The notes under the pieces: model-generated
What the model was told of the DNA's origin: nothing
Seen by the model: only the letters and a program-made list of their open reading frames with translations
The model's database searches: none
Translations under genes and position numbers: made by a program
NCBI GenBank assembly: GCA_046533775.1
Contig: JAWDOO010000006.1
Location: 1 to 28,405 of the forward strand
DNA length: 28,405 bases
Source of the DNA: Candidatus Nanopusillus sp.
GTDB taxonomy: Archaea; Nanobdellota; Nanobdellia; Nanobdellales; Nanobdellaceae
Direction of reading: 5' to 3'
Part shown: positions 16,689 to 24,748 of the stretch, piece after piece
Numbering within the stretch: position 1 is the stretch's first letter
How the letters are laid out: each line of letters opens with the position of its first letter

Positions 16689-18932
16689 ATGCTAAATAAT
16701 TTACAATATGAAATTAAAATGAATGGAAAAGAAAGAATATTATATGTAAATGCTAAAAATTATAATAATATTGCTACAATTGAAGATGACCCAAATATAA
16801 TGGAATATATATTAAATATATTGTCTATAGATCCATTTGTAAATACTATAATAATTGAGCAAGATGAAAATATAGAATATTATGAAGATAGTATAAAAGT
16901 ATTAAATGGTTTTCTTGATGTATATCTCTCTATTAAAAATAATATATCAGAATATTATAGATATTTATTAACTGGGAATCCATTATATTCAGAAATAAAA
17001 ACTATAATAGATTATTTGGATAAGGGATATTTGAAGGATCCAATTGGTACATATATATTTATAAGAAGAATGAAAAGAAAATTAATATCATTATTAAAAA
17101 ATAATAAGGATTTAGAAAATCAAATATCAAATTTAATATCATTAATAGATAATTTTTTAATAAAATTTGAATCATTGCCTTTATATAAATATATTAAACC
17201 ATTTCTAATTGGATATCAAATTGGAAATAGAGAAATATATAGAAGAATATTATTGGGGGATATAAAACCAAAATTTATAGATACAAAATATATAAATAAA
17301 ATTTCAGAAAGTTATAATATTGTAGATTCTTATAGATTAGATAAAAATACAGAAGTTTTTATATTAAAAAATCCTGAAGAAACGGTTTTTAGATATTATA
17401 TATTTCCAGAAGAATATAAAATATTCTCTGAAGAAACATTTTTATCTCATAAGGCAATAGAAATTTTACAAGAATATGAACCTAGAAAGGAAGATTATCT
17501 AGATGTAGAAAGATTAAGAGAAATATATAATAATATACTAAATAATATAATAACGAAATTAATGTCTATATATAATATAAATATAGATAAAAATAGGTTA
17601 GAATTAATTAAGAGTATAATTATTAGATATACAATTGGTTTTGGGATAATAGAAAAGATAGTATTAGATGAAAATTTAGAAGATCTATTTATAAATCCAC
17701 CAGCAGGCATAACTCCAATATATTTACAGCATTCTAAATATGAAATGTGTGTTACAAATGTAACTCCAACTAGGAGGGAAGTAGAATCTTGGGCCACAAA
17801 ATTAAGATTGATATCTGGAAGACCCTTTGATGAAGCAAATCCAGTTTTGGATACAGATTTAGTAATTGGAGATAATATATTATTGAGAGTTGCAGCATTA
17901 TCACCACCCCTATCTCCTTTTGGATTATCATATATAATTAGAAGACATAGAAGCAAACCATGGACCTTACCTTTATTTATAGATAATAAAATGTTAAATT
18001 ATCAGGCTGCAGGTTTATTATCTTTTTTAGTTGCAAATGGAAGGACAATTTTAATTGCTGGTACGAGAGGAAGTGGTAAAACATCATTATTAACAGCTTT
18101 AATGTTAGAAATACCTAAAAAAGTTAGGATAATAACTGTAGAGGATACTCTAGAAATACCTGCAGAATTTTTCAGATCAATAGGATATAATATAGTTCCT
18201 ATGAAAGTTAGAAGTCCATTTTCATTAAAATCTGGAGAATTATCTGCTGAAGAAGGTTTAAGAGTATCTTTAAGAATGGGAGATAGTGCTATAATTGTTG
18301 GGGAAGTTAGATCAAAAGAAGCTTTAACATTATATGAAGCTATGAGAGTTGGTGCTTTAGCGAATACAGTAATGGGTACTTTACATGCAGAAAGTCCTTA
18401 TGGAGTATATGATAGAGTTGTAAACGATCTTGGAGTTCCTAAAACATCATTCAAAGCTACAGATATAATAGTAATTGTAAATCCAATTAAAGAACCTTCA
18501 GGGTTAAAAAGATATAGAAGAGTATTAAGGATAACTGAAGTAAGAAAATTGTGGGAGCAAGATCCATTAAGAGAAAAGGGTTTTGTTGATTTAATGGTTT
18601 ATGATGCAGAAAAGGATAATTTAGAACCAACATTGGAATTAATAAATGGGGATTCTGATATATTAAAATCTGTTGCATCTAGGATAAAATATTTGTCGAA
18701 ATCTTGGGAAAGGGTATGGAATATGATAGAAACAATAGGTTTGTCAAAAAAAATATTAGTGGATATAGCAAGAGAAAAAAATAGGAAGGATATTTTAGAA
18801 GCAGATTTTGTTTCTACATATAATGAAGTGTTTTATCAATATATAGATAAAAGTATTAAAGAATATAATGAAATTGTAAAAGAATATATATTAGATAATA
18901 TGAAGAAATGGATATATCAGAAGTTGAGTTAA
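16689..18932 (+). CDS. FlaI/PilB-like type IV filament (secretion superfamily) ATPase with an extended N-terminal region
   Basis: Walker A GTRGSGKT (18060-18083, Lys at residue 464), Asp-box ITVEDTLEI, Walker B AIIVGEVRSKEA, His-box GTLHAES. It is 747 aa and is followed by an overlapping FlaJ-like gene. Confidence 0.85.
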   Translation: MLNNLQYEIKMNGKERILYVNAKNYNNIATIEDDPNIMEYILNILSIDPFVNTIIIEQDENIEYYEDSIKVLNGFLDVYLSIKNNISEYYRYLLTGNPLYSEIKTIIDYLDKGYLKDPIGTYIFIRRMKRKLISLLKNNKDLENQISNLISLIDNFLIKFESLPLYKYIKPFLIGYQIGNREIYRRILLGDIKPKFIDTKYINKISESYNIVDSYRLDKNTEVFILKNPEETVFRYYIFPEEYKIFSEETFLSHKAIEILQEYEPRKEDYLDVERLREIYNNILNNIITKLMSIYNINIDKNRLELIKSIIIRYTIGFGIIEKIVLDENLEDLFINPPAGITPIYLQHSKYEMCVTNVTPTRREVESWATKLRLISGRPFDEANPVLDTDLVIGDNILLRVAALSPPLSPFGLSYIIRRHRSKPWTLPLFIDNKMLNYQAAGLLSFLVANGRTILIAGTRGSGKTSLLTALMLEIPKKVRIITVEDTLEIPAEFFRSIGYNIVPMKVRSPFSLKSGELSAEEGLRVSLRMGDSAIIVGEVRSKEALTLYEAMRVGALANTVMGTLHAESPYGVYDRVVNDLGVPKTSFKATDIIVIVNPIKEPSGLKRYRRVLRITEVRKLWEQDPLREKGFVDLMVYDAEKDNLEPTLELINGDSDILKSVASRIKYLSKSWERVWNMIETIGLSKKILVDIAREKNRKDILEADFVSTYNEVFYQYIDKSIKEYNEIVKEYILDNMKKWIYQKLS

Positions 18933-20917
18933 ATAAATTAGATACTCAGAATTTAGAAGGTAAATTAAAATTATATAAATATATTTATTTTGGTAATAAA
19001 TTAAAATATTATGAAAAAATTGTTAAAACATTTGGAAATATAATAAAGATTAAATCAAATAATAATAAAAGAAGAAATTTTGAAAAAATAAATGAAGAAA
19101 TATCTTTAGATGTAAATATTGATCAAATAGATTCGACAGCAATATTTTTTCTAATATTGTTTATCTTTATAGGAATAATTCCATCAATAATAATATCTCC
19201 TTTGTATTTCCTACTATTTACTTCTCTTGGTATATTATTATACATATTAATCGATTATTATTATATTATTTTATACAATGATTTAAATACAAAGAAGAAG
19301 TCCCAATTAATAAGTCTATTATTATTGTTAGCTATTAAATTAAGACAAAATCCGAATATAGAGCAAGCCATGTTATTTGCTGCAAAAAATATTAACTTAC
19401 CATTAAAATTAGATTTGCTAAGATTGTTAAGAGATATATATAATAGAAAATATGTTTCTGCATCAGAAGCTTTAATAGAATATTCAAGATCTTGGGAAAA
19501 AAATGCAAAATTCTTCTATGTTGGTATTATGCTTATATTAAGTGCTTTATATGATCCAGATAAGGATAGGAGGAATTTCCAGATAGATAAATCTATAGAA
19601 GAGGCTTTGGAGGAATTGGTAAATGAACTATATGAATTTTCTAGGGAAATAAGATCTACAATAAATCTTGTATCTATGTTGGGTATAACTTTACCAGTTA
19701 TGCTATTAACAGTATTTCCTCTTGCATCAATATTCTTAAAAAATATATTTAGTCCTCTTGTTTTATTTATATTATTTGATATTTTAATACCATTTTTAGC
19801 ATTTTATTCATTTAATTATTCAGTTTCCTCAAAAATTATTAACGTTTTTTCAAATGATGATATATATTTATTTTATTATTTAAAGAGAGAAGATTTAACA
19901 AATAAATTAATATCAATAGCAAGTGGATTTTCAGTAAGTATATTACTATTTTTTATAATCTTTTTTATAATATATCAATATTTGTATAAATTTGATGTTT
20001 TAGGAATATTATTATCGGAATTTTTAGTATTTTTAATGGGTTTATCTATTTCATTAATTGATTTTATTTACTATTCGCATTATAAAGATTTATATAAAAA
20101 TTTAGAAAGAATAGGGACAGATTTACCACCATTTTTATTATCTTTAAGTTCTGCATTAAATGAAGGTTATCCACTTGAAAAGGCGATGATATATGTTTAT
20201 CCCAAATACAAAGGTAGCCCAATTGGGGATTTTATATCAAAAGTATATCAAAATTTAAGGATGGGTTTATCATTTTATGATTCAATATTTGATATTAGAT
20301 ATGGAGCTCTATCTAAAATTCCATCATCTCAATTGAGAGCTACAATGGAATTACTATATGAAGCAAGCAGTCAATCTCCTTCCGAAGCTGCTGTTATAAC
20401 TGGTATAATTGCAAAATATTTTTTATTAATATCGAAAGTAAAAGAGAGAATTAAGGATCTTGTGGCAGAAGATTTATCTCAATTAAAATCTTTATTAAGA
20501 ATTTTAGCTCCAATTATTTTAGGAATAGTGAGTGCAGTTAGTGTAATGGTTATAGAGATTTTATATAAATTATCTTTTCAATTTAGTCAAATATCAAATT
20601 TAACTTCATCTAATTCTGATGTTTCTCAATATATAAATTCATTACCAAATATTATATTTAATATATTTAACTTAAATTCTCTTACCTCTCCAGCTTCGAT
20701 GATAATTATAATTGGAATATTTAATTTGGCAATAGCCTTTGTAATTATATATGCAATTAATAGTATAGAAAATAGCGGAGATAAATTGGGATTCTATTAT
20801 TATTTATACAAATATTATATAGTAAATATAATAATATTCTTTATATTCTCTACATTATCTACAGTAGGATTATATATGTTTGTACAGGGAATATTAAATA
20901 TTAATCAATTTATCTAA
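18908..20917 (+). CDS. FlaJ/TadC-like polytopic membrane platform protein
   Basis: 669 aa, overlapping the ATPase gene by 25 nt. It has two soluble T2SSF-like domains (LRQNPNIEQAMLFAAKNINLPLKLDLLRLLRDI; PPFLLSLSSALNEGYPLEKAMIYV...LRMGLSFYDSIFD), each followed by TM blocks. Confidence 0.65.
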   Translation: MDISEVELNKLDTQNLEGKLKLYKYIYFGNKLKYYEKIVKTFGNIIKIKSNNNKRRNFEKINEEISLDVNIDQIDSTAIFFLILFIFIGIIPSIIISPLYFLLFTSLGILLYILIDYYYIILYNDLNTKKKSQLISLLLLLAIKLRQNPNIEQAMLFAAKNINLPLKLDLLRLLRDIYNRKYVSASEALIEYSRSWEKNAKFFYVGIMLILSALYDPDKDRRNFQIDKSIEEALEELVNELYEFSREIRSTINLVSMLGITLPVMLLTVFPLASIFLKNIFSPLVLFILFDILIPFLAFYSFNYSVSSKIINVFSNDDIYLFYYLKREDLTNKLISIASGFSVSILLFFIIFFIIYQYLYKFDVLGILLSEFLVFLMGLSISLIDFIYYSHYKDLYKNLERIGTDLPPFLLSLSSALNEGYPLEKAMIYVYPKYKGSPIGDFISKVYQNLRMGLSFYDSIFDIRYGALSKIPSSQLRATMELLYEASSQSPSEAAVITGIIAKYFLLISKVKERIKDLVAEDLSQLKSLLRILAPIILGIVSAVSVMVIEILYKLSFQFSQISNLTSSNSDVSQYINSLPNIIFNIFNLNSLTSPASMIIIIGIFNLAIAFVIIYAINSIENSGDKLGFYYYLYKYYIVNIIIFFIFSTLSTVGLYMFVQGILNINQFI

Positions 20918-21571
20918 ATTTTTTATTAGAATATCAATTGTTATGCCATTTATATTATTATCTATTATATCATCAATCAATCTTGGACATGCAGAAAAAA
21001 TCCAGAAATCTATATATGGAAAATTCAATAATTGTAAAGTATCAATTGTATCTCCAATAAATAAGTATACATTTTTTCCAGATTTTTCCAATTTATCTTT
21101 AACCTTTAATGTTTCTAAATAATAATATTGTCCAGGTTTTATAGATAATATTATTCCAATATTCTTTGAATTTTTTATTTTATTTAATAAAAATTCTATA
21201 ATTTTATCGAAATTATAATCTGGTTCATAAACATTTATTTCTCCATAAATAGGGTCATAGACAATTACTCTTTTCTTTAATTTTCTTATAATATTTTCTG
21301 CATGAAATTTTCCATTTCCAATTAATAATACTGTATCTATATCATTTATATTTGCAGGTTCTGAATAACATCCTAAAACATTTATTCCATATAATCCTTC
21401 TTTTAATATTATTTCATAATCCTTCTTTAATATTTCATATATTTTTTTAGCATATTCAGAATATTGCGTTAAAGATACTAGAGCAAATTTCTTTGGTAAA
21501 TATTTTTTCAATTCATCTAAATTTTTAATTTCTTTTAATTTATATTTTGTTGGTATATTTATTATGTCCAT
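20894..21571 (-). CDS. dph2: Diphthamide synthesis protein Dph2-like (radical-SAM ACP transferase), apparently lacking the N-terminal domain
   Basis: VLGCY...IDTVLLIGNGKFHAENI...VIVYDP, then GIILSIKPGQ and FSACPRLIDD, which resemble Dph2 domains 2 and 3. I chose the ATG at 21571. The tracked ORF extends to 21649 only through a hydrophobic antisense-looking extension. Confidence 0.6.
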   Translation of the reverse strand: MDIINIPTKYKLKEIKNLDELKKYLPKKFALVSLTQYSEYAKKIYEILKKDYEIILKEGLYGINVLGCYSEPANINDIDTVLLIGNGKFHAENIIRKLKKRVIVYDPIYGEINVYEPDYNFDKIIEFLLNKIKNSKNIGIILSIKPGQYYYLETLKVKDKLEKSGKNVYLFIGDTIDTLQLLNFPYIDFWIFSACPRLIDDIIDNNINGITIDILIKNLDKLINI

Positions 21572-22751
21572 CAAACTTATAATTAAAAAAATAAATAAAA
21601 ATTTAATGATTGATGTTATAAATGCAAAAAAACTTGCAGAAAAATACAAGAAATTATATGGAAAATCTATAATATTAAAAAGAGATATAAATGGTTATAC
21701 TCCCCCATCAAATTTAATTAGTTCAGTCAATTATCCAAAATTATCTTTAGGTATATTGACATCTTATAATGAAAATATAGAATTATATGATAACCCAATA
21801 TATTGGGCAAAGAATAATATAGATGTTGAAGAAATTATAAAAAGTAGAATAAGTTTAATAAATGCAAAGAAATTTGTAGATGCAAATTTACCAAGAAAAA
21901 ATGATAAATTATATAATGAAATTTTAGATTCTATGTTATCAGTTAAATCAATAAATTTAGAAATACATCTAAATAAAATAAGTGAGAATATAAAAATTTC
22001 GAAGATAATTGGTTTATATGGGTATTCTGGAATAATAGATAAAATAAAAATAAATGAAAATCCAAAAATACCAAAAGAAATATATAAAATAGAAGAAATG
22101 AAAGCAGAAGATTCAATATACTATTTATATAAATCTGGAATGTCCGATTATTATTTATCAAGATTGTTTTCAATGGGTTTTTTTGGATATAAGATAAATA
22201 GAAGATTGGTTCCAAGTAAGTGGGCAATAACTGCAGTTCATGAAATTTTAGAGAAAAAAATAAAGGAAGAAATAAAAGATTATTCTAAAATTAATGATAA
22301 ATATTATTTATTTTATTATTCTCTATATGGAAATGATTTTTATGGGGTATTTTTTCCAGGTAATGGAAATTGCGAATTAATAGAAACATTAATACCAGGT
22401 TCTGTATACAATTTAAATTCTAAATATAGTATAATTGGTAGAGATGAAGAATCTGGAGGTTATAGTGCTTTAAAATTATCTTTTGCAGAATTTATGAGAA
22501 ATTATAAAATGATTGGAAATTTAGTTGTATTTAGATTTGTAACAAGAGAATATAAAGTTCCTCTTGGTGTTTGGGTTGTTAGAGAAGGGACAAAATATAT
22601 GTTAAATAATTTAGTAGAAAAATTTGATAATTATAATGAACTAATATCATATTTAAATAATAAATTTATGAATAAGTATAATGTTTCTGTATATAAATTA
22701 AAAAAATATAGCAATTTATTAAAGCAGAAATCAATTTTTAATTTTATTTAA
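21564..22751 (+). CDS. nreA: Nre-family (NreA-like) DNA repair protein with a C-terminal PIP-box
   Basis: GYTPPSNLISSVNYPKLSLGIL (compare Nre_N sPPsvFvG..gYP.v.vG), VPSKWAITAV, YKVPLGVWVVREG (Nre_C). The extreme C-terminus QKSIFNFI (22725-22748) fits Qxx[ILM]xx[FY][FYLI]. An alternative start is at 21606. Confidence 0.6.
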   Translation: MSIKLIIKKINKNLMIDVINAKKLAEKYKKLYGKSIILKRDINGYTPPSNLISSVNYPKLSLGILTSYNENIELYDNPIYWAKNNIDVEEIIKSRISLINAKKFVDANLPRKNDKLYNEILDSMLSVKSINLEIHLNKISENIKISKIIGLYGYSGIIDKIKINENPKIPKEIYKIEEMKAEDSIYYLYKSGMSDYYLSRLFSMGFFGYKINRRLVPSKWAITAVHEILEKKIKEEIKDYSKINDKYYLFYYSLYGNDFYGVFFPGNGNCELIETLIPGSVYNLNSKYSIIGRDEESGGYSALKLSFAEFMRNYKMIGNLVVFRFVTREYKVPLGVWVVREGTKYMLNNLVEKFDNYNELISYLNNKFMNKYNVSVYKLKKYSNLLKQKSIFNFI

Positions 22752-23204
22752 ATAATATTTTGTTATTTTATCTCCATAATAATGTATATTTTCTATTATT
22801 TTCCCTTTTTCCATTTTTATAGCATCATTGCTATCATATAATGCTCTTCCAATTGCTAGTAATTTATTGTCTTCAGATATTATTAATATTATTTCATCTT
22901 TTTTGAAATCTGAAAATTCAACTATTCCAGGTCTAAATACATCTGCACCATTTAATATTTTTTCTTTTGCTCCAATATTTACTTTAATATAATTCATATT
23001 TGTTTCACATTCGTTTATCAAAAATATTGTTGGATATATTTTATTATCTTTTATAAATGCTATTGGGATATTATTATATATGTAAATGTTATTTTCTTCA
23101 TCTAAAAAAATGTTTTCGTTTTTTAATTTTTCACATTCTATTTTATAATTATTTTTTAATATCTCAATCAAATTTTTTCTCGATTTTTTATCTAAACTTT
23201 TCAT
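22731..23204 (-). CDS. PUA-domain RNA-binding protein (Tma20/MCT-1-like small archaeal type)
   Basis: 157 aa. The C-terminal half, ILNGADVFRPGIVEFS...IILIISEDNKLLAIGRALYDSNDAIKMEKGKIIENIHYYGDKI, fits a PUA domain. Confidence 0.6.
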   Translation of the reverse strand: MKSLDKKSRKNLIEILKNNYKIECEKLKNENIFLDEENNIYIYNNIPIAFIKDNKIYPTIFLINECETNMNYIKVNIGAKEKILNGADVFRPGIVEFSDFKKDEIILIISEDNKLLAIGRALYDSNDAIKMEKGKIIENIHYYGDKITKYYLNKIKN

Positions 23205-23240
23205 AGAAATATATATAAGTATTTAATTTAAAAATTAATA

Positions 23241-23498
23241 ATGGTGAGCTTTGATTACAAAACGCCAAATTTGTTGGAAATAATATTGCTGGTAGGATTT
23301 TTTATTAATATGATATTAGGATATCTTTTATTATTTAAGAGCATAGAACTACCAATTGCATTACAAAGTCCAGCTGCTATGGTTATAACATCTTTATTTA
23401 CATGGTTGGGAGTATTATGGTTAGCTGTAATTGCAATATTAATAGAATATACTAGAAAAGATATAGTAGAATTAAAGGAAAAGCTTGAAAAGAAGTAA
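23241..23498 (+). CDS. Small two-TM membrane protein; unknown function
   Basis: 85 aa with two hydrophobic helices and a charged C-terminal helix (DIVELKEKLEKK). Confidence 0.4.
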   Translation: MVSFDYKTPNLLEIILLVGFFINMILGYLLLFKSIELPIALQSPAAMVITSLFTWLGVLWLAVIAILIEYTRKDIVELKEKLEKK

Positions 23499-24347
23499 TT
23501 ATATTTTTAATTTTAATTCAATAATATCTTTATCTTCTAATTTATAATTTAATCCAGCTCTTATAACTTTATTTTTTCTAATTACCTTTGCATATTTAAA
23601 TTTATCTATCCATTTTTTATTTATTTTTTCAATAAAATCTTTTATAGTAGACTCTTTATTTAATATTATACAATGATCTGAATCTATTGGTTTTATCCTT
23701 ATTAAATCTAAATCTTTAATTATATTTTCTAATATTTCTTGTAAATTTACATCTTTAAAATCATCAAATTTATTATATATTATTTTATATTTATTATTCG
23801 GAATTGTACTAAATTCAATTATTCCTTCTGAAAATTTATTTATTCTTTCCAATTGTTCCTTTATATCTCTTTTTTCATCTAATATTAATATATAATAATC
23901 AGATAATGATAAAATTGATCTAAACTTTCTTTCAAATGTAGATGGAATTTCAACAAATTGATAATATACACAATTATAAAATATAGTGCCAATTGCTGGG
24001 TTTATTGTAGAAAAAGGTATTTCACTTACTTCAACATTTGCATTTGTAAATTTCCTTAAAAAATAACTTTTTCCAGAATTTTCTATTCCTAATATGCTTA
24101 TTAAAATATCACCAGATTTTTCTATTAATTTTATATTACCCCCACCTTTTTTATATTTACCTTCTTCAATTATCTTTTCATATTCAGATATTTTTTTATT
24201 TATCCATGCAATTAAATGTTCAGATCCTTTATGTTTTGGTGCAGTTCTTAACATTTCATATAAATATTTTAATTTTTCTTCAGGAGTTTTAGCATTTTCA
24301 TATTTTTCTTTTGCAGCATAAAATTCTGCTCCAGCATTTGTTACCAT
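23499..24347 (-). CDS. DRG/OBG-family GTP-binding protein with a C-terminal TGS domain; shortened and with a degenerate switch II
   Basis: TAPKHKGSEHLIAWINKKISEY (compare DRG KNKATEHHLGLLKAKLA), P-loop GIENSGKS, NKFD (G4), TGS-like tail VIRAGLNYKLEDKDIIELK. The G3 position reads EIPS instead of DxPG. It is 282 aa. Confidence 0.6.
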   Translation of the reverse strand: MVTNAGAEFYAAKEKYENAKTPEEKLKYLYEMLRTAPKHKGSEHLIAWINKKISEYEKIIEEGKYKKGGGNIKLIEKSGDILISILGIENSGKSYFLRKFTNANVEVSEIPFSTINPAIGTIFYNCVYYQFVEIPSTFERKFRSILSLSDYYILILDEKRDIKEQLERINKFSEGIIEFSTIPNNKYKIIYNKFDDFKDVNLQEILENIIKDLDLIRIKPIDSDHCIILNKESTIKDFIEKINKKWIDKFKYAKVIRKNKVIRAGLNYKLEDKDIIELKLKI

Positions 24348-24748
24348 ATTATATGTAATCTCTTATTTGAATAAAAAATTACTGGTATATGTAATTTCTT
24401 TAATATCATCCTTAAATTTTTATCTAGTGTACATACAATGAATTTATCAGATAATGCAGTTTTTATTATAAGTCTATCTGTTTTTTCATAATTTTCTTTT
24501 GTCTCTATAATATTTATATTATTCTTTTTTATATATTCTAATACTAAATTATATATTTTTTTCCATTTTTCAGATTTTGAACTATTTATTTTATTTTCAA
24601 TTTCAATAATATTTTTTCTTAATGTATAAAAACCTTCATATTCAATATTATTTTTCATTAAAAAATCTTTTAATTCATTTATTACATCAAAATTTTCATA
24701 AAATGGGATAAAAAATATATTTGTATCAATTAATATTTTATATTTCAT
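24341..24748 (-). CDS. PIN-domain protein, Fcf1/Utp24-like (rRNA-processing type)
   Basis: 135 aa with ILIDTNIFF at the N-terminus and FIVCTLDKNLRMILKKLHIPVIF. It lies directly downstream of aIF2-gamma, a conserved archaeal neighbourhood, and overlaps both neighbours by a few nt. Confidence 0.65.
   Translation of the reverse strand: MKYKILIDTNIFFIPFYENFDVINELKDFLMKNNIEYEGFYTLRKNIIEIENKINSSKSEKWKKIYNLVLEYIKKNNINIIETKENYEKTDRLIIKTALSDKFIVCTLDKNLRMILKKLHIPVIFYSNKRLHIIW

Noticed and set aside
17495-17956. 153-aa ORF antisense to the FlaI-like ATPase gene
   Set aside because: It lies entirely inside the best-conserved part of the ATPase gene on the opposite strand. Its sequence is low-complexity I/L/N/S-rich with no motif. 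Long antisense ORFs are expected in AT-rich DNA where stop codons on the reverse frame are depleted by codon structure.
21572-21649. 26-codon hydrophobic N-terminal extension of the Dph2-like ORF (possible membrane anchor)
   Set aside because: The stretch is antisense to the beginning of the Nre-like gene and has F/I/L composition typical of reverse-frame translation of K/N/I-rich coding sequence. Dph2 is a soluble enzyme, and the ATG at 21571 gives a sensible start.
24341-24748. PIN-domain gene as a VapC toxin of a toxin-antitoxin pair or defence module
   Set aside because: No small antitoxin ORF lies upstream. The gene is translationally coupled between aIF2-gamma and a DRG-like GTPase, which is the conserved context of the Fcf1-like rRNA-processing PIN protein of archaea.
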